A stretch of 64,000 nt of DNA from a virus. Lineage: Duplodnaviria > Caudoviricetes. The stretch's first letter is position 1. Each line of letters begins with the position of its first letter. Below are positions 48,927 to 60,400 of this stretch, piece after piece. Both the position numbers and the translations under genes were made by a program. The DNA lies in the IMG/VR virus record IMGVR_UViG_3300010163_000006, positions 64,001-128,000 of that record. One strand, 5' to 3'. The notes beneath the pieces were generated by a model, which saw nothing but the letters and a program-made list of their open reading frames with translations, was not told where the DNA came from and did no database searches.

Positions 48927-51900
48927 ATGTTTTACCAAGAAGCTGCAGTAGATCTTTCACGCGGTACGAATTTCTTACCTCAAAGGACGAGATACCGTTT
49001 ACCGATGCAGAAGGCTGATACTTCGATATATTTGTTGTCAAACTCATTCGAATATGATATCGAAATGATAAAAAATATGCCAACCCCTAAATTGGATTAT
49101 AAGAATATTATAATTCCGTATCGTGTAATGGATAAGATCGGTGTTAAACCATTTCGATACAATAGTTCCATGAACGACTTCAATCGCAAAGTTTCTTATA
49201 TTCTCAAAAAGAAACTTATGCCGAATGTTAATCCATTGAGATTCCCTTATCCGAAAACAATCAAGGATAATCTTTACATATCAATGTCAGAGATTATCCC
49301 GATGGTCACACCATTCATGAGAACGTTTTCGAAACAATACATCCAAGAACACATCTTTGATTTGTTTAACAAAGTGATGGGCTTCTTTAATTTTTCAAAA
49401 AATAAGATTCTCATTATCGACATCCGGCATTACAAGATCTATCAAACATTAACTCTCGATACTTTCATGTCAGACCTGATAAATGCATTATTGACTGCAT
49501 ATATCATGAATGATCCCGCTAAGATCAAGAAGCTTGATTATGTAATAATCTTTAGAGCCCCTGATGCTGATTACAAGTTTGATTTATCGTTGTTCGAGAA
49601 ACGCGATGTTCAACGGATGAAAGCTATGTTACGAAAAATAGGAGTACCTTCTGAAATGACTGCAACTACATCCGAAGAAGCGGGTGAAAGTTTTGATTCA
49701 TTTACGAAGAACTCCGAACCAGAATTACCGGATCTTGCTAATATTAATGACGATGCTGATGATTCGGAAGATAAACCTGAGGTAGACGAAGAGGTTAAAA
49801 ACCTTCAAAAAGTGAATAACAATGAGACTAAATCAATCAAAGACACGATCAGTCAATTGTCTACTCAGTATGGTAAGGTAAAAAACGATGACAAAGCACC
49901 TGATGAAAATCGGGAATTATATAATGTCAAAACAATGGATATCAACGCCCAGTTGATAAAACGGATTAATCCTGCAACCGAAGTTGTTTCGAATTATAAG
50001 AAACTCTCTGATTCAATGGTTGCTGGTGGTTCTAATACCGTTGAAAAAGACATAATGAAAGATGCTGCAAAGACGATGTCTTCGGAAGTTGAACCGTCGA
50101 ATGTAAAAACTGTTATGAATGCAACATCATCAGCACGAGAGCGTGAGATACGAGAAAAACTTGGTCAGGTCAAATTGAACAATGTAACATTCAACACATT
50201 GACATCAATTACAGATGTTCCTAAACCTAAGCCGGTCAGACCAAGAAATCTCACAACCACAAATCCAGGAGCTCTTCATGGTTCATCGTTTGCACACATT
50301 GCAGAAGAGTACGAAGACAAACTACTCGACAGAGACATAGTTGCAACATTCATGAATTTCTCCAAACTTCCGGATGGTTTCTATGTTACCAACGTTGAAG
50401 TGACAGACATTTCAACGGTAACAAGTTTGATGAATAACTGGAAGGTTACACTTAAAAACAAAGAATCTGATCGTCAATCAATTATAAACATCAGAGTCCC
50501 CCGAGTTATCAATGGTCGATTCTATAACAACGGTGTTTGGTACAACATCGGAAAACAAGACTTCCCAATACCGATTCTGAAAATCAACAAGAAAACTGTT
50601 ATGTTGACAAGTAACTATAACAAAATTACCTGCACAAGATACGACACAAGATCGCTTGTTGACCTTGGTATGTTGGTTAAAGTAATCGATAAATTGACTG
50701 ATGATAATGGAAAAAATAAATATGTAAGAGTTGGTAATTCTTCCAATACCAATTCCCGATATGTATCGACAATTGAGTACGATGAGTATGCAAGGAAGTG
50801 GGTTCATTTCATTAACAAGGAAGCTAATTTACAAATATATTTTAACCGTTCACAATGTGACAAGGCATATTCGTTTGTTACTGTACAACCAAATGAGTTC
50901 TGTTGTGGAATGATAAATCAAGTTCCTATTATCCTGAATACCGATACTGGATTAACAAGAGACGGTAACACTATAACGGATACCATATTAAAGACCTTAC
51001 CGGAAGACATAAGGAATGCATATCGTAAACAGAAACCAGGTAAGATGTCAATGTATTCTGAAATCACTATAGGAGTTACAATTCCCCTTGGAGTTGCTAT
51101 TGCTGCATGGGAAGGAATGGGTTCTTTATTAAAGAAGAGCGGTGCAAAATATCAGTATGTTGATAAGAACTTTGATGACATACGATACTTCGTTATGCCA
51201 TTTAAAGATAAGAATCTTGCGATCGAAAGCTCCGTTGCGAACCAGTTGATCTTCAACGGTTTCTATCGAATTAATACGAAATCATACATGGCATCGGAAT
51301 TCGAAACACCGATTATGAATTCAAATTCGATCTATGTTGATATATTCAACCAGTTATTCTTCAAGCAATATTCACAGCTTACAACGTTTATCACATATTA
51401 TAATTTCTTCGTTGATGCAATAACGGCGGATGTATGTGATCACTATCATATTCCAAATGACATTGCCGGAATGTTGATATATGCCTCTAATCTGTTGGCT
51501 GATAACAATCATACTTCAGAAAACAATGCTGCATTGTACAGACTACGCTCATCGGAAATTATTCCGGCCATCATACATTACAGATTAGCGTTTGCAATAT
51601 CAAAATACAACAATAGTGTCGGATCCAAAACAAGAGGGCATTCAATCGCATTCAACCCGAATGAAGTAATGAATGAATTGTTAGCGGTTAATAATGTAGA
51701 GCCGATGTCTTCATTAAATCCTATAAATGAATTACATGCCAGAGAGAATGTAACAAAGAAAGGCTTCAAGGGAGTTAACTCAGATCGTTCATACACACAG
51801 GACAAACGTACCTATGAGGATTCCATGATTGGAAAGATGGCATTATCATCTCCTAATAATGGAACCGTAGGCGTTACACGTCAGCTCGTTGCGGATCCAA

Positions 51901-53198
51901 AGATTGAATCTGTTCGTGGTTATACATCAACAGATGGCCCTGAATCCGATTTCAATGATCTCCAATTGGCATCTTTCTCGGAATTACTCACACCGGGAAC
52001 AGTCACCAGAGACGATGCTATCCGAACTGCAATCGCAACATCCCAAACATCGCACATCGTATCAACCGAAGGCGCTCAACCAGTATTGGTATCCAATGGT
52101 GTTGATGAGATTGTTCCTGCGTATTTGACGGAGGAATTTTCGTATGTTGCGAGAGAAGATGGTGAAGTAATCGACATGAATGAGGATTACATCATTATCC
52201 AATACAAGAGTGGAAAAAAGAAAGCGATTAATATCAATCACAAACAATCATTCAATTCTGGCTCAGGTTTCTTCGTTGATAACAAACTCACATCTAATGT
52301 TGAGATGGGTGACAAGTTCAAAGAAGGAGATATCCTTGCATATCATGAGAAGTATTTCTCAAAGGATTGTGATGGTATTGTCAGAATGAACATAGGACCT
52401 CTTGCAAAGGTTGCATTCGCTGGATTGTATTCAACATATGAAGATGCTGGTCTTATCACAACCAAGATGTCTAAGAAACTTGGCACAAAGTATTCAATGA
52501 AACAACAAATCAAAATCAATGCAATGGATGATGTAGAAAGTATCGTCAAGATTGGTGATGAGGTTGAGGTCGGTGACCCATTAGTTGTATTCGGCATGGG
52601 TGGTACAGGAGATAAGGCAGTAGACAATTTCCTTAAATCATTTGGTAAGGATTCATCTGATGATGTCTTAAACAAAGCAAAGAGGGTAATTAAAGCCAAG
52701 AATGCAGGAACTGTTGTTGACGTCAAAATGTATACGACCAAGAGTATGGATAAACTGTCACCATCATTATTCGATATCTTTGATAAGTATTTCAAAGATA
52801 ACGTTAAACGTCGTAAAATATTGGACAAACATGACAAAACTAATTCCGTGTATAAAATGGATACGTTGTATTCATTACCAACAGAACCTCTCAAGGGTAC
52901 AACGATCAAGGGTATAACATGTGATGTGTTGGTTGAGATATTCATCGAACATGGTGATGAAGCATCTATTGGTGACAAGCTGGCCATCTATGGTGCATCA
53001 AAACAGGTTCTTTCGGAAGTAATACCTGAAGGACTGGAACCGTACTCCGAAACACGACCCGAAGAAGAAGTAAGTATCTTCGTTGCTCCGAGCTGTATCT
53101 TGAAGAGAATGATCCCATCACTCATTATCACTGCCTCGGCGAACAAAGTACTTGTCGAGCTAAAACGCAAAGTGAAGGAACTGTGGGAACAAGGATAA
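48927..53198 (+). CDS. Phage multisubunit RNA polymerase beta-like subunit (probably virion RNAP)
   Basis: beta motifs LNPINELH, SSPNNGTVG, DDAIRTAIATSQTSH, YEDAGLIT, IGDKLAIYGASKQV; long N-terminal extension beginning MFYQEA. Confidence 0.88.
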   Translation: MFYQEAAVDLSRGTNFLPQRTRYRLPMQKADTSIYLLSNSFEYDIEMIKNMPTPKLDYKNIIIPYRVMDKIGVKPFRYNSSMNDFNRKVSYILKKKLMPNVNPLRFPYPKTIKDNLYISMSEIIPMVTPFMRTFSKQYIQEHIFDLFNKVMGFFNFSKNKILIIDIRHYKIYQTLTLDTFMSDLINALLTAYIMNDPAKIKKLDYVIIFRAPDADYKFDLSLFEKRDVQRMKAMLRKIGVPSEMTATTSEEAGESFDSFTKNSEPELPDLANINDDADDSEDKPEVDEEVKNLQKVNNNETKSIKDTISQLSTQYGKVKNDDKAPDENRELYNVKTMDINAQLIKRINPATEVVSNYKKLSDSMVAGGSNTVEKDIMKDAAKTMSSEVEPSNVKTVMNATSSAREREIREKLGQVKLNNVTFNTLTSITDVPKPKPVRPRNLTTTNPGALHGSSFAHIAEEYEDKLLDRDIVATFMNFSKLPDGFYVTNVEVTDISTVTSLMNNWKVTLKNKESDRQSIINIRVPRVINGRFYNNGVWYNIGKQDFPIPILKINKKTVMLTSNYNKITCTRYDTRSLVDLGMLVKVIDKLTDDNGKNKYVRVGNSSNTNSRYVSTIEYDEYARKWVHFINKEANLQIYFNRSQCDKAYSFVTVQPNEFCCGMINQVPIILNTDTGLTRDGNTITDTILKTLPEDIRNAYRKQKPGKMSMYSEITIGVTIPLGVAIAAWEGMGSLLKKSGAKYQYVDKNFDDIRYFVMPFKDKNLAIESSVANQLIFNGFYRINTKSYMASEFETPIMNSNSIYVDIFNQLFFKQYSQLTTFITYYNFFVDAITADVCDHYHIPNDIAGMLIYASNLLADNNHTSENNAALYRLRSSEIIPAIIHYRLAFAISKYNNSVGSKTRGHSIAFNPNEVMNELLAVNNVEPMSSLNPINELHARENVTKKGFKGVNSDRSYTQDKRTYEDSMIGKMALSSPNNGTVGVTRQLVADPKIESVRGYTSTDGPESDFNDLQLASFSELLTPGTVTRDDAIRTAIATSQTSHIVSTEGAQPVLVSNGVDEIVPAYLTEEFSYVAREDGEVIDMNEDYIIIQYKSGKKKAININHKQSFNSGSGFFVDNKLTSNVEMGDKFKEGDILAYHEKYFSKDCDGIVRMNIGPLAKVAFAGLYSTYEDAGLITTKMSKKLGTKYSMKQQIKINAMDDVESIVKIGDEVEVGDPLVVFGMGGTGDKAVDNFLKSFGKDSSDDVLNKAKRVIKAKNAGTVVDVKMYTTKSMDKLSPSLFDIFDKYFKDNVKRRKILDKHDKTNSVYKMDTLYSLPTEPLKGTTIKGITCDVLVEIFIEHGDEASIGDKLAIYGASKQVLSEVIPEGLEPYSETRPEEEVSIFVAPSCILKRMIPSLIITASANKVLVELKRKVKELWEQG

Positions 53199-53447
53199 TA
53201 GGTGGTACAACATAGAAAAAATAAAACGTATCACTATACTTTAATTCTTCCAGGAATAGTTTCTAATGGATTATCCACCTCAATCTGTTAAGAAACACCC
53301 TCTCTAACGAAATGAAATTGAAGAAAAATGGATGTCTGGGCGGTCAAAACCCAACATCAACCTACCAGGAATTGGTTTTTGTCTGGAAGAAGAAATTAAA
53401 CACCGGGGCATATTGCCCCGGTGTTATGTTATTTTTTTGCTTATTCA

Positions 53448-54350
53448 TCATTCATCGAGAGATTCTATAATGGCTTCGACAGCGTCATCGCCATATTTCT
53501 CTCTCATTTTGTCGAGACGCTTCTTGCATCTTTTTATACTTCGTGAATATATACGATAAATCCGCGTCAATTCCTTAGGTTTATTTCGGAGGATTTCCCT
53601 CCATACGTTTTCCGTAGCTTTTCTTGTTTGCTCTTCAGCAAGTTTCTCTTCGGCGACATTTTCAATGTTGACTACGTCTATGGCTTCGTGTACCATACTT
53701 GTTAAGAAAGGAGCAAATATGTTCACCCATTTAGTGGCAGCATAAGAAGGGAATAACTCTTTTGCTCTTCCTTCCATTAAATTTATTTGTTCTCTGATGT
53801 CTTTTAACAAATTCTGTGTGGAATCAAACATGAAATCTTTTAGTGATTGGTCCTTCAGGAAGTTACACTTTGTTCTTATGGACGCACAGTCGTCCATAAA
53901 GGCTTTAATCGAACCAGGCATTTCATTAGACTTATAGGCATCACGATACTTTTCGAAGAGTTCGTTAAGTATATCTAATAATATGCGTACAGTCATGAAA
54001 TCATTGGTGTACACAGGAGCCAAGATAGAAATGATTCTGGCCCCTTCTTCACCAATTTTAATTGCTTCATTGATGGAGGTTTGTGTGAATGGACCTATTC
54101 TTTTCATGTAGCACAATGCGAAGTCACCGAGAAATCTCTTTGATGTATCACATATGTCGATATCATCGACCTTGATGTAATCCTGAAGAGGATTGTTCAA
54201 CAAACCGGATTTGTTGAATAGGTCCTCTGCGGATGATGAAACGCATATGAACATGTTTAAATATCCTTCAGGGGATATTGTAAATACGGAATTGATTCCG
54301 TAGGGAGGCATAGCCAGCATGGGAAGCATGTTGAAAAATGTATCTTTCAT
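53448..54350 (-). CDS. Hypothetical protein
   Basis: AAAGGA RBS before ATG 54350; promoter motif at 54397-54411; terminator 53401-53423. Confidence 0.6.
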   Translation of the reverse strand: MKDTFFNMLPMLAMPPYGINSVFTISPEGYLNMFICVSSSAEDLFNKSGLLNNPLQDYIKVDDIDICDTSKRFLGDFALCYMKRIGPFTQTSINEAIKIGEEGARIISILAPVYTNDFMTVRILLDILNELFEKYRDAYKSNEMPGSIKAFMDDCASIRTKCNFLKDQSLKDFMFDSTQNLLKDIREQINLMEGRAKELFPSYAATKWVNIFAPFLTSMVHEAIDVVNIENVAEEKLAEEQTRKATENVWREILRNKPKELTRIYRIYSRSIKRCKKRLDKMREKYGDDAVEAIIESLDE

Positions 54351-54396
54351 TTTTAAATTTCCTTTCCGGACAATGGGATTTTGTTTTTGTCCATAT

Positions 54397-54411
54397 AAAT
54401 AATATATATTT
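54397..54411 (-). promoter_or_regulatory. Phage promoter motif AAATATATATTATTT
   Basis: Exact motif copy about 47 nt upstream of ATG 54350. Confidence 0.65.
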
Positions 54412-54485
54412 ACAGAATGAGAATAATCAAAAACGCCAAGGTAAGCTTCTATTAATTTGAAATATAAAGAAAGGAATGATGTTTT

Positions 54486-57400
54486 GTGATTATGAATTAC
54501 AATAAATGGTTCTATAATCAACATAAGTATCTGAAAAACATCCGCGATAACTCTGAGGGTTTTAATGATACTAAGTGGGTTACTATCAACAAGCGTTACC
54601 AAATACTTGACGATATGAAATCCGAATTGCTTTCACAAGGACTATTGGTTCATGGTAACAATACTGGATTTGATAAACTTATTGATTTGATGGGTAGATC
54701 TAATTATACATTCGAAGATATCAATGATTCTTTAATTGATACATACAGGGTTTCATTGCATTTTGCAATGAGTAGAAACCTTGTTAATACTCATGCGGTT
54801 ATGTTTCATTGTACCAATATGGATACCAAGAATGTTACTGCGGAGAAGTTCACTCATTACAGAATAATTGATGCGCCTTTTAATCAATTACACTTTGGAC
54901 ACCGTGATGAGTTCATACGTCAAAAGCTCCAGGAAATGCATAATATCAGTAATGGTAATTATGTTGATATGCCCCGATTTAATTCCACTCAATTCACCAA
55001 GATCCTTGATTTCTCAATCATATGCACAGTCAATGGTTATTTTTGTAACGATTGTAAAGTTGCTATTGATGATAAAGGTTTTAAATTCAAAGTAGGATGG
55101 CCTTATGCTTCGGATGTTGATTTCATTGTATACAAATTGGATCATGGTAGAATGATTTCCAATAACATATCACCAGATTATGTTAAGAAGGGATTGATTC
55201 CTTATGACGTACTTGGTGGTGTTGGTAAAGAGATGCTCGGATTAAAATGCATCATAAATGTGTTTGATCCTTTGTTTATCAAGACAACTTCATCTGTTCC
55301 TAACTTCGGTATATTCACCGAAAAGGGATTGGAGATAAGGAACTTACAAAGAGCCACATCTGATATGATTGATAGATTGTCGTCATCAAATGTGACCGTT
55401 GATGTATATGCCTTGAAATTCTTTCATGAAATACCCAACTTGTATCCCGCTATCAATTATTACGATATAATGGATACAAGGAATGTGTATGACGAAAAGA
55501 GCGAAAGCATTAAAACAACCGAGGGACATAACGTTGTCGCAACACCATCGAAGAACATAAACAAACTTGAAGTATGTACACCACCGATATGTCTTGATCG
55601 AGATGTATCATATTCATTTGATATCATCACAAGGTGTTTATCCATGTATGATGACATGATGTCATATGAAAGTGATTTAATCCGTGTTGGACAAGAATTG
55701 CTATATGGCAACCAAGATTCCTTCATGGATACATTCAAACCTATATTGCAGAAAATCTATTCTGGATTGTTGTCAATGTATAAGATCTATGAACAAGGAA
55801 GCATCATAACTTCATTGATTGAACCAGAACAACTTGGGCTGTTCTCCGACCTTTTGTCAAAAGTCCATAAGATTTCAAACATGACAGACTTCCGTCATTC
55901 TCAGAATTATTCCTTCGATGAATTATACGGAGAAAATTATAGAAACACGGTTAAGACTATAACAGACCCATTCAGGAATACAGCATTACTACCATTCGCA
56001 TGCATGAAATCAATCAAGAACAATTTCTTTGTTGATAACAACACAACTCGATTCAATCGACCAATATCGGAGCAGTGTTTCATTGCACTCCGATACCATA
56101 CAAATGATGGTTGTTGGTTGTTTGATTATCCGGACATCAAACATTTCCATGGGATCGGAAACACATTCTATGTCGATTCGAATCTCAAGGGTGATGAGAT
56201 ATTCAAGTTCTTTGTTCTTTACAGTGATACCGAAGCTCCTGATGAAAAGGATATTGAACATATGGATCTTAATACCGTATTGGATTTTGATTTGTTTTCT
56301 AAGGAAATAGAGAAACATATCGGGATGATTCGTTACTGGGATGCGGAATGTCGGTTGATGAAGTTATCAAAAATCATGTATAAGAAATACAATGATGAGA
56401 CATGTGTTCAAGTATTATCAAAGATTCTTAAACGGAAAATATCCGGAGATAACATTCTCAAATTATATCCTTCTGATATAAACTATGAAGAATCAAATGT
56501 CTCTTCAGATAGTTGGGAATCTTATGATGAAAACACTGAACGAGGTCCTTTCTCAATAAATTTCCTGTTTTATACCCTCTCTTTATTGAATAATAATGAG
56601 GATAAACTCCAATCGTATTTCTATAGATATCTTACTCATAATAAGTATCATAATAGATATACTGATATTGATATCTCGTCCATCATTGACAATGAGAGAT
56701 ATCCCATCAGTTATTCTCAATACACAATATCTCCATCAAGAATCCCCGACAGTTGTGCGAAACCGGATGTAAAGATATTCGCATATTATGGATTACCATT
56801 GATATTGGATTCAAAAGGAAGTAATCTGTATGAACCGTACCGATATGTCTTGAACGTTTATGATCCAGATACTAAGTATCCCATGATATCCGAAAACGAT
56901 ATTGATGGGTCTTTCTATGTTCAATATGACAATATCACAGATTATGCTGGACGGGTTGTTTCTTATCATAACAATATTCAAATCGGACATCTGATGACAT
57001 TATACCTGACAGATCTTTACAACTACATTTCTGAATTACAGACAAATTACAAAACAACATTCAACCAGTCAACCGTGATTGAGTCTGCTATAAACACAAT
57101 GAACGAACGAATTTCAACCATCAGAACACATATACTTGATAACGGACTTGATGATATTGATGGGGTTTCATCTTTTGGTAATGCTGTTGATATCGTTATC
57201 AATGATAATGAATTTATTCGTAAATTGAATGAAATGAAATCATTGATTGATTCAATCGATGTAATCAGGTATAACAATACAAATTCATCAATTCGCGTGT
57301 TCATAAATACGCATGTACTTGGTACGTTAAAACGTGCGTACGTTAATTTTGGTTTCAATAACAATATTAACAAACGTGCACGTATGCTGTACATACACCT

Positions 57401-60400
57401 GAAGAAGATCAATGAACCAATGAATGCATACACATTCAAGAAATGGTTAACTGATATAGATCTTCATACATTAACAAACCTTGATTCATTGGTTTCTAAT
57501 AATGAAAATTATGACATCGGCAACAATGTCTTCAAAATATTGGGTAATGCTTTATCTGCTTATATTGACAATGCTGTCGGTTTACTTAATGAATTGGATT
57601 CATCAATTGAGAGCTTGTCTGGTGATTTCAAGACAGATCATATTACACCCATTGCAACATTATGTGATGATGTAATAAACAAAATCATATTCGATATGTA
57701 CTCAATGAATTCAGTTGAGTATGATGCTTCTATTAAGTATGAATCAAAACCAATGTTCGTGGTTGTAGCTATCCCTGATACACAACACACAAAACCACCG
57801 ATCGGTGTTATAATATCTGGAACACGAAATCTCATATTCCAACCTATCACGCATAAAACCAATAATGGATATATGATAAGATCATTAGCAAACACATGTG
57901 AATATGTGTTCTTCGATGGTACACCATTAACAGGTTTGACAATGACTATACTGGACAAAGATGGTATTGTTATAGGTACACAAAATGTTTCGATGACATT
58001 TAACAGAACATGTTCTACCGCAGATAGAGTGAATGAATTCACCATGATTCCAAATGGAAAAACCACCGCAATTGATTTCGAAAATGGTCATGAATCATTT
58101 GATGTTGTAAATGGTTTGATTGTAAATGAGAAACATGCAGACATGAATTATGAGATGTTGATTGGAAATCATTTCACCCAACTCGATCATGAGATTGAAT
58201 ATGTATTGGAACCAACAACATGGCTACAGGGTTCCATCGATAGAATATACATTGAAAACCAGATGATCAATCGTATGGCAATAACTGATTTTGGTCATAA
58301 GGTATGTTCTAATGTATTCTTTAAACCCGTTCAGGTTATGCATATTCCATTGAATGAGAATGGATCAATTGATTCTGTAAATGGTAAATACTTTGAAGGT
58401 GAGACCATCTATCTCCAAACAAATGATGGTATGACAATATTCCCGGTTGTAATAACCAAAGTCGATCATTCTATAAACAAAGGATTCATTGAAGCTCGTG
58501 TTGACGATTGGAATTCTAAATGGTTTGAAATTACCGATCCAAATATGATTTCTAATTATCTTTTGAATGAGATCGAATGTTCTGTTATTGATGACAACAT
58601 GCGAAACTTCCTTGATGAGTTCTCTGATAGTGATATGCCGATATATTCAAATCCCACCAATCAAGTTATCGACATAAGTAATATCGACAATTGTTACGAC
58701 TTGCCAGGTGATCCAATGTTTGTTTCATCAAACTCAAATATTCTCCATAGAAGATTGAAGTGGATATTCAATGAAGTCGTACCAAATAGATTTATTGATG
58801 ATGACCACAAGAAGTATCGTTTTGTATACATTGCAAATGGATTCATCATGAATGATAATGACGAGATCAAAATCAACATGATCAATCATGATTTCAACAA
58901 TACAACCATACCGGAAAGATATCCTATCTTAAGAAGTGAACCAAACGACCACACAATTTGGGATAGGGAATTGAATCTGTTCCGTGACGAACAATTGCAT
59001 TCTCATATGAGAGAGAACACTTATTATCGCAATTATAACAACGCGATGTATGCATATTCTCAAGCGAAAACAATCCATGAAAAAGAAGTTGCTCTGTTAA
59101 ACGTTGATAAAGAAAAACGGAAAATGCAACGGGAACAAGAATACCAAAAGAGAATGGAACAATATTCCCGTCAACTCGAAACACCGACAACGTGGTATAA
59201 TGTTCATTCATATGAAGCATCACTTGTATACATTTCAAATGGTCGTGCTGATAGATTCTCTCCGAGTTTCGTTTCTAACATAAGAGATGTTGTTTATTCA
59301 AATGAATTAGAAGTGTTCTTATATGATTGGCAACACAAGAAATGGTTAGATCCTTCATCATATGACGTGTCAATCAAAATGGTTGATAATGTTCGTATTG
59401 ATGAAAATGATGACTACACAACAAACCGTGTTCTTCATACATTGACAATCAAACCGAAGGAAGGATTTTCTTTTTCCAATAAGATACTCATTTATTTCTC
59501 ATACGAGAAATCAAATGTATTCAATTCAATTGAGATGAATGAACCAAACTGTTTTGTCCGGTTCAAACCGTTATTATCTATTGATAATGAGATAACGGAT
59601 TACGATCCATATCGTGATATACGTATAAGGAAACACTTCGATGGTTATGAAAAATACAAGGTAGATGGTAGTGATATCCATATTAAGAGAGTAAATCGTA
59701 ACGGTAAATACACAAATACCCCAGTATTCAGAGTATGTGATATGAAGATAACCGACATCAATGGTGAACACACATTTGATGATATCGATAAATTCTTGGT
59801 GCGGACGCCATTCAAGGACATAACAACCACCAGAACATTCCATACTCCGGTATACAACACAAAAATATGTTCGGAGATTGATTCATTCGTTCCCGACAAG
59901 GAAATCAAACTCATATGTATTTCAAATAATGAGATCAATTCATATGATGGTAATATCTCGTCTGTTATGTTCAATGCAACAACCGCGTATGATGATGAAG
60001 GAAACCAAACAATCTTAATTACTAAATCCACATTGCCAAACTATGTTTCTGGTAAGTTCATATGCACAGTATTCCAGGATGACATGTATAACCCTGTAGG
60101 TGGAGTTATAGAAGTAGAAGTATCTTCCATTGAAGATACTGTTTACGAAGGAGACTGGTTGCAGGTTCCATTGTCATACATGAAGTATCGTGAGATTCCT
60201 GAGGAATTCAAAATCATTATGAAAAATCCAACAGAAGGAATCGTTGAAGTTACATTGGAAAATAAGTACATCAAACGTACTGATGACATCATAGACATCG
60301 ATAACAGCAACTTGATGAATCCTTTCGAATACTATTATGACAATAAACACTTTACAAGATTACCTATCTCTGATGTCAGAACTAATTCCAACAACAAACG

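Noticed and set aside
36425-53198. Introns or inteins in the RNAP and polymerase genes
   Set aside because: The reading frames are continuous and no intein splice or homing-endonuclease motifs were seen.
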